Shown here: positions 12,618 through 21,747 of the stretch, one piece after another
Layout: every line of letters begins with the position of its first letter
Numbering within the stretch: position 1 is the stretch's first letter
NCBI GenBank assembly: GCA_905478555.1
Contig: CAJQIZ010000021.1
Span: forward strand, 13,479 to 77,478
Source of the DNA: an uncultured Flavobacteriales bacterium
Lineage (GTDB): Bacteria > Bacteroidota > Bacteroidia > Flavobacteriales > BACL11
DNA: 64,000 nucleotides
Reading direction: 5' to 3'
The notes under the pieces: generated by a model
What the model was told of the DNA's origin: nothing
What the model saw: only the letters and a program-made list of their open reading frames with translations
Database searches by the model: none
Translations under genes and position numbers: made by a program

Positions 12618-13634
12618 ATGAAGTTTCAGAAAAACATACCTTTAAAAGAATTTAACACTTTTGGCATGGATGTAAATTGTGATTTATTTTACAATATTAG
12701 CTCAGTAAAAGAGGTTCTTTTAGTTTTAAAGTCAGAGGAATACAAAAAAAACAAACACTTAATTTTAAGTGGTGGTAGTAACCTATTATTTACAAGTAAT
12801 TTTAAAGGATTAATTCTAAAAAACAATATTAAAGGAATTGAAATTATTTCAGAAGAGGAAGATTATATCTATTTAAAAGTTGGAGCAGGTGAAAATTGGC
12901 ATGATTTCGTATTATGGACCATAAAAAAAGGACTTTCTGGACTAGAAAACATGTCTCTTATTCCTGGGAATGTAGGAACTTCACCAATACAAAATATTGG
13001 AGCATACGGAGTAGAAGTTAAAGATGTAATAACAGAAGTTAGTGGAGTTTATTTAGAGGAGATCAAAGAATTTACCCTTAACAATAAGGAATGTAATTTC
13101 GACTATAGAGATTCTATTTTTAAGAATAACTTAAAGAATAAAACTATAATAACTAAAGTTACATTTAAGCTAAGTAAAAACGCACAACACAACACAAAAT
13201 ACGGAGCAATATCAGAAGAATTAAAAGACTTAGGATTAGAAGTTTCTACAGAGAACATTAGCAAAGCAGTTATCAGAATTAGAGAAAGAAAACTTCCTAA
13301 TCCTGCAGAAATAGGAAATAGTGGAAGTTTCTTTAAAAACCCAATTATCAGCACTACACAGTTTACTGAATTACAACAATCCCATCCTAATATAGTTGGA
13401 TACCCATCTGACAACAAAAATACTAAAGTATCTGCAGGATGGTTAATTGACCAATGCGGATGGAAAGGATATAGAGAAAAAGACGCTGGAGTTCACAAAA
13501 ACCAAGCTTTAGTATTAGTAAATTATGGGAATGCATCTGGAGGGGAAATCATATCATTATCACAAAAAATTCAATCTTCTGTAAATGATAAATTTGGTAT
13601 TCAAATTCATCCTGAAGTAAATATAATAGGATGA
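12618..13634 (+). CDS. murB: UDP-N-acetylenolpyruvoylglucosamine reductase
   Basis: It shows the FAD-binding-domain pattern (LILSGGSNLLF, GAGENWHDFV), PGNVGTSPIQNIGAYGVE, and a C-terminal GSFFKNP...SAGWLIDQCGWKG motif. Confidence 0.9.
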   Translation: MKFQKNIPLKEFNTFGMDVNCDLFYNISSVKEVLLVLKSEEYKKNKHLILSGGSNLLFTSNFKGLILKNNIKGIEIISEEEDYIYLKVGAGENWHDFVLWTIKKGLSGLENMSLIPGNVGTSPIQNIGAYGVEVKDVITEVSGVYLEEIKEFTLNNKECNFDYRDSIFKNNLKNKTIITKVTFKLSKNAQHNTKYGAISEELKDLGLEVSTENISKAVIRIRERKLPNPAEIGNSGSFFKNPIISTTQFTELQQSHPNIVGYPSDNKNTKVSAGWLIDQCGWKGYREKDAGVHKNQALVLVNYGNASGGEIISLSQKIQSSVNDKFGIQIHPEVNIIG

Positions 13635-15046
13635 ATAAAAGTCAGAAACTTAAAGATAAACTAAGAGAAAATTTCGCATTTATCCCTACACCACAACAAG
13701 ATGAGTTAATAAATGAAATATCTGATTTCGTAACCACCCTAGGCAACAGAAGCATCTTTTTATTAAAAGGATATGCCGGTACAGGCAAAACAACCTTAGT
13801 ATCTGCACTTGTAAATAGCTTGTCAGTAGTTGCAAAAAGAAGTTCATTACTCGCTCCAACCGGAAGAGCTGCAAAGGTTCTATCTTCCTATTCTAAAAAA
13901 CAAGCTTTTACCATTCACAAAAAAATATACTGGATTAAAACAAATAGTAAAGGAAATACATCTGTTACTTTACAAGAAAACCTCAACTCTAATTGTGTTT
14001 TTATTGTGGATGAAGCATCTATGATTCCTTCACATACGGACAAAGGGTTTGGAAGTAGAAACCTTTTAGAAGATTTAATAAAATATGTATATTCTGGAAT
14101 AGATTGTAAATTAATTCTGATTGGAGATACAGCACAACTTCCACCTGTACATTTAGATGTAAGTCCTGCATTAGATGAATACATACTAGAAAACGATTTC
14201 AACAAACAGATAATTACAAAAGAACTAACTCAAGTAGTAAGACAACAAGGAGATTCTCTTATTTTAAAAAATGCAACAGATGTAAGAAACATGATTTCGG
14301 AGGGTATTTATAAATACCCGAAAGTAGAATGTAATAATGAGGTAAAACGACTAAAAGGAGGGGACGAACTCCAAGAAGATATAGAAAGGTCATACGACAG
14401 ATACGGCATTGAAGATACAATTGTTATTTGCAAATCTAATAAAAGAGCCTACCTTTATAACCAGCAAATAAGACATAAAATACTTTGGAAAGAAGAACGA
14501 ATATCTAATGGAGATTATTTAATGATAGTTAGAAACAACTACACTTGGTTAAATGAAGATAGTAAAGCAGGATTTATTGCGAACGGAGATACAGTGAAAA
14601 TAAAACACATCCGTAAATATGAAGAATTATACGGATTTAACTTTGCACATATTACAATAGAATTAGTAGATTATCCGCAAGAAGCAGAAATTGATGTGAT
14701 TGTAATGTTAGATACTTTAGAAAGCGAACAAGCCTCATTAAATTATGAACGATATAAAGAATTATATAATTTAATTTCTCAAGATTATAATTCTATAAAA
14801 ACCGCTTACAAAAGAAACAAAGCCATAAAAGAAGATAAATATTTAAATGCTTTACAAATAAAGTACGCTTACGCTATTACTTGTCATAAATCTCAAGGTG
14901 GTCAGTGGAAATCTGTTTTTGTAGAACAATCGTATTTCAAAGATGAAATGCTGAATAAAGAATACCTCAGATGGCTATATACTTCATTAACTCGTGCTTC
15001 AGAAAAACTACACCTAATTAATTTCTCAGATAAGTTTTTTCACTAA
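13631..15046 (+). CDS. RecD/Pif1-like SF1 DNA helicase (AAA_30 + UvrD_C_2 type)
   Basis: It has Walker A GYAGTGKTT and Walker B FIVDEASMI, plus LILIGDTAQLPPV and a C-terminal AITCHKSQGGQW motif. Its ATGA start overlaps the murB stop. Confidence 0.75.
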   Translation: MNKSQKLKDKLRENFAFIPTPQQDELINEISDFVTTLGNRSIFLLKGYAGTGKTTLVSALVNSLSVVAKRSSLLAPTGRAAKVLSSYSKKQAFTIHKKIYWIKTNSKGNTSVTLQENLNSNCVFIVDEASMIPSHTDKGFGSRNLLEDLIKYVYSGIDCKLILIGDTAQLPPVHLDVSPALDEYILENDFNKQIITKELTQVVRQQGDSLILKNATDVRNMISEGIYKYPKVECNNEVKRLKGGDELQEDIERSYDRYGIEDTIVICKSNKRAYLYNQQIRHKILWKEERISNGDYLMIVRNNYTWLNEDSKAGFIANGDTVKIKHIRKYEELYGFNFAHITIELVDYPQEAEIDVIVMLDTLESEQASLNYERYKELYNLISQDYNSIKTAYKRNKAIKEDKYLNALQIKYAYAITCHKSQGGQWKSVFVEQSYFKDEMLNKEYLRWLYTSLTRASEKLHLINFSDKFFH

Positions 15047-15048
15047 AA

Positions 15049-15624
15049 TTAGTATAATAATCCTACACAATCTTCAAAACCATCCATTTTTATCATATCT
15101 TCTTCTGTTAAAACTTCCATATCTTCAACAGTATAGTTTAACATAAGTTGTGTTAACATACAATTACAATAGGCTGTCATTTCTGAATCATCTCCTGAAC
15201 AACTTTCCATAAATTCATTTTTAAATTCTTCAGACCATTCTTGATCATTTTCTTCATTAGCTGATTCATCTTCCATTTCCATTCCTAATTTAATAAGATC
15301 TTCCATATCACCAAAACAACTTAAAATTAGCATTCCTGCCTCCTCCTCAGTCATTGATTCATCTGCATCTGCAATACTATAGGAGTCAAATAATTGGGAG
15401 ACTTTCTCACACGCGCAGGCAGCAAATTCTTCTAACGTAAAACCTGTTAAAGATAATATATTCTCAGATTCAGGGTCATCTTTCATTTCAGATATCATGT
15501 CAGATGTACATCTATCCATATCATTAGAATTCCAATGCCCTTTTTTTGATGACTCTCCTCCACAAGATGCTAGTAAGAAGGTGAAAGATAATAAGTAAAT
15601 GGATGTTTTCATTAAATTTTTCAT
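15049..15624 (-). CDS. Highly acidic Cys-patterned lipoprotein, unknown function
   Basis: It has a lipobox (LLASC|GG) and is very D/E/M-rich. It contains an internal duplication with a conserved C-x-C-x30-C spacing. Confidence 0.6.
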   Translation of the reverse strand: MKNLMKTSIYLLSFTFLLASCGGESSKKGHWNSNDMDRCTSDMISEMKDDPESENILSLTGFTLEEFAACACEKVSQLFDSYSIADADESMTEEEAGMLILSCFGDMEDLIKLGMEMEDESANEENDQEWSEEFKNEFMESCSGDDSEMTAYCNCMLTQLMLNYTVEDMEVLTEEDMIKMDGFEDCVGLLY

Positions 15625-15793
15625 TTTATTAATAGTTTGCTAATTTAGTGTAATTATTCTAAAACAACTTTTTTTCTCTATATTTCCATTATAAAAATAA
15701 AAAGTATAGTTTTTTTTGTAGATTTTTAAATTGGGTGAGTATTGTCTACTAATTTGAAAAATTTATTTAGTATTCTACAAATATACTTATTAA

Positions 15794-16186
15794 TTAATAA
15801 GTATCATTTCTAGTGTATTTAATAAAAAAATTAATCCAAATTAATCTGGAAAGATGATAATTCACTGGTGATACTAGTAAAATTGCAAGTACGATAATGA
15901 GTATCTCATTAAAAATATTAATTATCGGTAATAAAAAGGTTGTTAGGCTCCAAAATAGTACCATTACAGCAACACTAATAGCGTAACTAACATACATGGA
16001 ACCATACCAGAATCCTGTTTCTAATTCATAGAATAAACAGCAATTATCACAAGTTTTGCATGTCTCTACAGATCTTGAAAACATATTTTTAAATGGATTG
16101 TTACTAGCCCAAAATCTACCAATATGACATCTTGGACATTTATTATATAAAACACTATACATCTTTGATCCTATAAGTAATTTCAT
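15794..16186 (-). CDS. DUF983-like small membrane protein with N-terminal Cys-pair zinc-ribbon-like motif
   Basis: It has CPRCHIGRFW ... CKTCDNC motifs followed by two hydrophobic helices. The start could alternatively be ATG 16162. Confidence 0.55.
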   Translation of the reverse strand: MKLLIGSKMYSVLYNKCPRCHIGRFWASNNPFKNMFSRSVETCKTCDNCCLFYELETGFWYGSMYVSYAISVAVMVLFWSLTTFLLPIINIFNEILIIVLAILLVSPVNYHLSRLIWINFFIKYTRNDTY

Positions 16187-16242
16187 AATTTATGTTTCAA
16201 TAGCTACAAAACTATTTTTTTAAGTTACCAATGATAGTATAA

Positions 16243-18927
16243 TTATTCTAAAATAATTTGTTTTTCGATACTACCATCAGAGTAAATATAGAAAAGTGTA
16301 GTATTATCTATTACTTTTTCAGGATGTACTTCTCTACCTAAAAGATCTGTAATTTTTACTAATTGTCTTTGATCCGTATCAGTAATTGCAATTCTTACTG
16401 AAGATGGTTGAGTCCAGAATACTAATGGAGTCCAAGCTGCAGATCTGTAAAGACCAGCATTAGGATTACACCATGTTCTAGCTTGACCTCTATAAGTTTC
16501 TCCTGGAACAACACCCCACTTATTAACTGAAAGTGCAGGATAGTTAACTCCAAAGCCTCCTGCAGAGAACCAATCAGATCCTGTAGGAGCAGAGATACTA
16601 TCTACTCTCAACTTAACTCGAACAAAACTATAAGATGCTGTAGTATCCCATGAGAATACAACCTTATTTGTTTGTGGACCTGGAGTAGCAGTAAAGTTAG
16701 TTACATTAGGACAATCATCTGCTGTAGTAAACGTATATAAAGCAGTCCATCCTGAAGTACCAGTAGTATTACAGTAAGCTGCTTTCATTCTATACTCATA
16801 AGTAGTATTAGAAGCAAGTTGTGTAAACATTTTAGATGTAGTAGGTAAACCAAAGTTACATAAACCTGCATCTGAAGCTAATTTATTAGTCCAAGAAGTA
16901 GTTCCTACCTCTCTAAGCTGAATAAAATACTTAAGAGCCATACAAAGAGAATCACTCATATTATCCCAATGAACTTGAGCTTGACTATGAATAATGTTAT
17001 CAATGTATAAACCTGTTGGAATTGGTTTTGTACAATTTTGAGACACAACAGACACCACCACCTCAACAGTATCTAAAACAAAACAACTCCAATTATTATA
17101 ACCAACATAAACAGTGTAGATACCAGCAGTAATATTAGCTATATCTTCTGTATTTTGTCCGTTACTCCAATAGTATAAGTAAGGAGTTAGTCCACCGGAA
17201 ACCGTCATATCAATAGATGCGTCATTATAACCTACACTACTTTCGTTTGTCACATTATATGTTAGTGTTAAAGGTAAGGGTTCAGAAACTACAACAGCTA
17301 AACTTGAAGATTGACCACTATTATCAGTTACTGTTAAATTATAACTACCTGAGGATAAGTTAGATAAATCTTCAGAGGAAGATCCATTACTCCAGATGTA
17401 AGAATACGGCAAGGAACCTCCTGCAACAGAAACATCAACTGAACCATCAGCACCTCCATTACAATTAACATCTGTAACAGAATAAGAAACACTAAGAGGA
17501 ATCAGAACATCATCTATAACAGTAAGTACATTTGTTATATAACAATTATTTGCATCAATTACATATGAGGTATAACTACCTGCTGTCAAATTATAAATGG
17601 AAGGAGATGTAGAGGAACTTCCAATCCAATAATAAGAGTAAGTAGGAGTTCCTCCTGAAGGAGATACAGCAACACTACCATCATTCATTCCTAATCCAGA
17701 AGTGTTACTAATAATAAAGGTAGCAGATAAAGATGGAGGGTCTGTTAAAGTGTAATATTCCGTCTCTACCTGTCCCTGAGCATCAGTCACAGTAACCGAA
17801 TAACTACCAGAACTTAAACTTGACACATCTTGAGAGGAAGAACCGGTAGACCAAGAATAAGTAAAAGGAGGTAATCCTCCACTTACAGACAAATCAATTG
17901 AACCATTATTATCTCCGTTACATAAGGGATTTGTAACAAAAGAAGATAAAAGAATAGGAGTATTTACAGGAACACAACCAATAGAACTTAGTAAAGAAGA
18001 CCTACTTCCGTTTAAAGTTGCACGCATTCTTGTTTTTTGCCCAGAAGAAAACATATACATACAAGCATCATAAGTGTAGTCCATATAATTCATAAACATA
18101 TCTCCATTACTACCATTACCACTACAATTTGAAGTAGATGGAAAAGAGGGACATCCCCCATTTGAAGTAGATTGAGTAGGAGTATCAGAGACATAATCGG
18201 TACCACAAGTTGCATCTCCCCATATATGTCTTAAATTAAGCCAATGTCCTACTTCATGAGTAGCAGTCCTTCCTTTGTCATAAGGATAAGTAGCACCTAC
18301 ATCTCCAAAATAAGCATAATCACAAACTACTCCATCTTCATTAGAAGCTCCTGAGTTAGGAAATTGAGCATAACCTAAAATACCACCACTTATATTACAC
18401 ACCCAAATATTTAAATAATCGGAAGTATTCCAAGCATCTTTTCCCCCACTAGAATTATGTTTCACATCATCATTAGTAGAAAAAGAAGAGGAGGTAGTAT
18501 AAGTCCGTGTAATTCCTGTAGTCGTGTTTCCACTAGGATCTCTTACCGCCAAACAAAACTCAATCTGACAATCGGCAGCAACTCCAGAAAAAGCAGAAGG
18601 GACAGAAGAAGCGTCAGCATTTAATTTTCTAAAATCTTCATTTAAAACTGTGATTTGAGAATAAATTGCAGTATTACTAATATTTTGAGAAGAAGTTTTA
18701 TAAACTACATGAACTACTACTGGAATAGTAATAATGGATGAAGATGAACTTTCCGGATTATTATTTATCCAGTTCTGAACAGTAATCTCTTCCATCTGCA
18801 ACCTCTGATCTAATGTGGGATCATTTTGTCTTATCTGATTTAAATGATCCATTGTTCCACAATTTCGTGTTTGAGAAAATGAAAGAAAAGAGGAAATAGA
18901 GAGTAATAGAAATAATATATTTTTCAT
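16243..18927 (-). CDS. Secreted M43 (pappalysin/cytophagalysin-like) zinc metalloprotease fused to SprB repeats, FN3-like domains and a T9SS type A CTD
   Basis: With ATG 18927 the signal peptide is MKNILFLLLSISSFLSFSQ. The HEVGHWLNLRH zinc motif lies at 18226..18258. Four SprB-type repeats are present (CNGDNNGSIDLSVSGG..PFTYSWS...GSYSVTVTD and similar). The tail (VKITDLLGREV...) is Por_Secre_tail-like. Confidence 0.8.
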   Translation of the reverse strand: MKNILFLLLSISSFLSFSQTRNCGTMDHLNQIRQNDPTLDQRLQMEEITVQNWINNNPESSSSSIITIPVVVHVVYKTSSQNISNTAIYSQITVLNEDFRKLNADASSVPSAFSGVAADCQIEFCLAVRDPSGNTTTGITRTYTTSSSFSTNDDVKHNSSGGKDAWNTSDYLNIWVCNISGGILGYAQFPNSGASNEDGVVCDYAYFGDVGATYPYDKGRTATHEVGHWLNLRHIWGDATCGTDYVSDTPTQSTSNGGCPSFPSTSNCSGNGSNGDMFMNYMDYTYDACMYMFSSGQKTRMRATLNGSRSSLLSSIGCVPVNTPILLSSFVTNPLCNGDNNGSIDLSVSGGLPPFTYSWSTGSSSQDVSSLSSGSYSVTVTDAQGQVETEYYTLTDPPSLSATFIISNTSGLGMNDGSVAVSPSGGTPTYSYYWIGSSSTSPSIYNLTAGSYTSYVIDANNCYITNVLTVIDDVLIPLSVSYSVTDVNCNGGADGSVDVSVAGGSLPYSYIWSNGSSSEDLSNLSSGSYNLTVTDNSGQSSSLAVVVSEPLPLTLTYNVTNESSVGYNDASIDMTVSGGLTPYLYYWSNGQNTEDIANITAGIYTVYVGYNNWSCFVLDTVEVVVSVVSQNCTKPIPTGLYIDNIIHSQAQVHWDNMSDSLCMALKYFIQLREVGTTSWTNKLASDAGLCNFGLPTTSKMFTQLASNTTYEYRMKAAYCNTTGTSGWTALYTFTTADDCPNVTNFTATPGPQTNKVVFSWDTTASYSFVRVKLRVDSISAPTGSDWFSAGGFGVNYPALSVNKWGVVPGETYRGQARTWCNPNAGLYRSAAWTPLVFWTQPSSVRIAITDTDQRQLVKITDLLGREVHPEKVIDNTTLFYIYSDGSIEKQIILE

Positions 18928-18960
18928 AATACATTTAAGGTTTTTAGCAAAAATAGTCAT

Positions 18961-21747
18961 TTATCTATTACAAATATCTTTATAATCACAATAAACACAT
19001 CTTGATAATTCTGGAGTTTGAACAAAATCTTCTGTCATTATTTTTGTAATTATATTATGTAATAGTTCTTCTACCTCATCAATTACATCTGTTGTTATTT
19101 TTATGACTTCTTTTTTTCTTTTAATATTTTTTGAGACTACAATCAATCCCTCCTTTAAGTTTTTAAAAGAAAAATTACCAGCTATCACTTCTCTATCTAA
19201 ATACTGAGGTTTGTTTTTTAAATATAAATATGCGTAAACTAACAATTGAAAAGCTTTTGATTTTCCAGGTTTTTCATTTAACTCTTCCCATTCTGATATA
19301 CTTACATCATTTTTCTGAACTATGCCTGTTTTATAATCAATTATTCTAATCTGATTACCCAACTCATCTACCCTATCTACCTTTCCTTTTATATTAAATA
19401 TCTTATTATTTACATCAATTTCATAATTAAACACTCCTTCAGATTCCAATATATTCAAATTAACAGACTGAGAGTTCATCCTCTTCACAAACTGCTCTTC
19501 AAACAATAAAAAGTTATGTGCTAATTTTTTAGAAATCTGTAAACTTAAATAATTTTTTCCTTCACTTAAGTTTTCTCCTTTCATTAATCTAGAAAACTCC
19601 TGTTCTACATTCTGTAATAAATCAGAAGTAACCATCCTAATATCTGAAGATGACATAATTCCTTTTGGATATGTTTTATCAAAAGCATCATGAACTGCAG
19701 AACCTATAATATTAGATTCTGCAAACTCAGAAACTTCCTCACCTTTTCTAAGTTTTGCTAAATAATGATAATAAAATGATAAACTACAATTATTATACAT
19801 ACTTAATGCGGAAGGGGAAACATAAGAACTCCAATCCTCTATTTGTTTCTCTAAATCTTTATTCTCAATTATAATTTTACACTCTTCTTTAATCAACAAC
19901 TTTTCTCCTCCAAAAACAAAATTATTTATTTTTCCTTTATACTCTGATAATAACTGGGTAATAAATCTACTTTTCTCTCCACTACCAAAATCATCTGTTT
20001 CGGTATTATATAGAATACTAATATTATCAGCTCTTTGCAATAACCTATAAAAATGATAAGAAAATACAGCATCACTCTCCCTATATGTTGGCATCTTAAA
20101 ATGAACCTTCATATCATAAGGAACAAACGAATTTAAAGTTTTCCCTTGAGGAAGAATCCCTTCATTTACATTAAGAAGAATTACATTTTTAAAATCTAAT
20201 GTTCTACTCTCTAATATCCCCATTAACTGAATCCCCTTTAAAGGTTCTCCCTGAAAAGGAACTACTTCTTTTGAAAGTAATTGATTATAAATAGAATGTA
20301 ATGTTTTTAACTCCACAACAAAATCGCATTCTGAAAATAAGTTTCTTATTAAATTAAAAGAAGTATTAAACGCAAATAAAATCTCTGATTCTATACTATT
20401 TTTCTTGCCAGAAAGAGTCTCTCTGAAAATAGCAATCATATTATCTACACACAAAATAGCGTCCTCTTTAACTTTCCAAAAAGAGAAAACAGAATCTATC
20501 TGATTAAAGTCAAAATTTAGATGATTGATAATAGTTTCTTTTTCAATATATACTTTATTATTTACTGAAATATCATTTCTTAATTGCATTATATTTTCAA
20601 TTTTTACAACTTGAGAGAACAAAGGATGATTAATAATATTTAAAACATCTTTATAATAAAACACAGAGTTTCCTAAATTTAACGAACGGAGTTGCATATC
20701 AAAAATATTATCTATAAAAGAATAAAAAGGAGTGTTTTTCAAAGGACTTCCCATAGTAACATTTATATCTTTCACATTGGAAGGAAGGTGATTTAAAACC
20801 GGATACAATAAACCTTCATTTGCTAAAACAATTGCAGTTTTACTTTCTGATAAATCAGTTTCAGAAAAAGAAGATAAAATTTTAGAAGCAACTTTAGCTT
20901 GGGAAATATTTTTTGGACAAGCAATAATATTAAAACTACTTTTCTCTTTTTCAAAATAATTACCAACTCCTTTAAAATCTATCTCCCTCCACTTTTCTCT
21001 TTGTATTCTTAAAAACTCCCCTGCTTCATGGTTTTTATTATTATAATAATATTCATCAGCATCCCAAAAAACACGAGCAATATTCTTTTTTTTAAGATGA
21101 TCAATAATTAATTGTTCTGATTTGGTAAGAGCGTTTAATCCCACAAACCAAACTTTACTCCAATCTAAAGACAACTCCTCCATTTCGCAGGAAACCTTAC
21201 GATAAGCCATTCCCTGATAAGACAGTTTTTTATCAGACAACAAACTATTAAAATTACAATACCACTGATAAATTTGAGAGTAAAAAGTAACATAATTTTC
21301 CTGAGATTGAGTAAGAGGTTCTGAAGTAAAACTCCAATCTTCTAAATCCCAATTCTCTAATTGTTTCACTTCTTTTAAATTAGAAAAAATATCTTTTGCT
21401 TCAACTAAATTTCTATCTACTTCATTAAAGTCATGCAACAACATACTACTCCAACTCATAAATTTTTCAAAAGAATCAACTTGAGATGGAGGATTTTTTA
21501 AATAAGCTTCATATAAATAAAACTGAAGAGATAAATTATCTAAAACTTTATATCCAGATAATTTTTCAATAAATTCTTCTATAGAAAAAAATTGAGGAAG
21601 GAATATTGGTTTATCAATTAACTTTGACAAATACGACTTTAAAAAAACAACCGATCTTTTACTTGGCAGAACTACAGCAACTTCCTCCATTGAATCTGGA
21701 AACTTCTTAACTAACCTTTCTGCTATAACTTCTAAAAACGCTTTCAT
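18961..21747 (-). CDS. PD-(D/E)XK nuclease family protein, AddB-like subunit
   Basis: The C-terminal nuclease region has IDYKTG and a terminal Cys cluster, CVYCDYKDIC. It is coupled by a 4-nt overlap to the upstream UvrD-like gene. Confidence 0.75.
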   Translation of the reverse strand: MKAFLEVIAERLVKKFPDSMEEVAVVLPSKRSVVFLKSYLSKLIDKPIFLPQFFSIEEFIEKLSGYKVLDNLSLQFYLYEAYLKNPPSQVDSFEKFMSWSSMLLHDFNEVDRNLVEAKDIFSNLKEVKQLENWDLEDWSFTSEPLTQSQENYVTFYSQIYQWYCNFNSLLSDKKLSYQGMAYRKVSCEMEELSLDWSKVWFVGLNALTKSEQLIIDHLKKKNIARVFWDADEYYYNNKNHEAGEFLRIQREKWREIDFKGVGNYFEKEKSSFNIIACPKNISQAKVASKILSSFSETDLSESKTAIVLANEGLLYPVLNHLPSNVKDINVTMGSPLKNTPFYSFIDNIFDMQLRSLNLGNSVFYYKDVLNIINHPLFSQVVKIENIMQLRNDISVNNKVYIEKETIINHLNFDFNQIDSVFSFWKVKEDAILCVDNMIAIFRETLSGKKNSIESEILFAFNTSFNLIRNLFSECDFVVELKTLHSIYNQLLSKEVVPFQGEPLKGIQLMGILESRTLDFKNVILLNVNEGILPQGKTLNSFVPYDMKVHFKMPTYRESDAVFSYHFYRLLQRADNISILYNTETDDFGSGEKSRFITQLLSEYKGKINNFVFGGEKLLIKEECKIIIENKDLEKQIEDWSSYVSPSALSMYNNCSLSFYYHYLAKLRKGEEVSEFAESNIIGSAVHDAFDKTYPKGIMSSSDIRMVTSDLLQNVEQEFSRLMKGENLSEGKNYLSLQISKKLAHNFLLFEEQFVKRMNSQSVNLNILESEGVFNYEIDVNNKIFNIKGKVDRVDELGNQIRIIDYKTGIVQKNDVSISEWEELNEKPGKSKAFQLLVYAYLYLKNKPQYLDREVIAGNFSFKNLKEGLIVVSKNIKRKKEVIKITTDVIDEVEELLHNIITKIMTEDFVQTPELSRCVYCDYKDICNR

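Noticed and set aside
13103-14205. Several 60-100-aa ORFs lie on both strands within murB and the RecD-like helicase gene.
   Set aside because: They overlap genes with strong motif support, and AT-rich shadow frames commonly stay open.
15783-15804. A perfect 22-nt palindrome, ATACTTATTAATTAATAAGTAT, spans the stop codon of the DUF983-like gene.
   Set aside because: It is entirely A/T-rich with no loop and no flanking T-run, so it is a weak terminator candidate. Such palindromes arise easily in AT-rich DNA, and there is no second copy to suggest a binding-site family.
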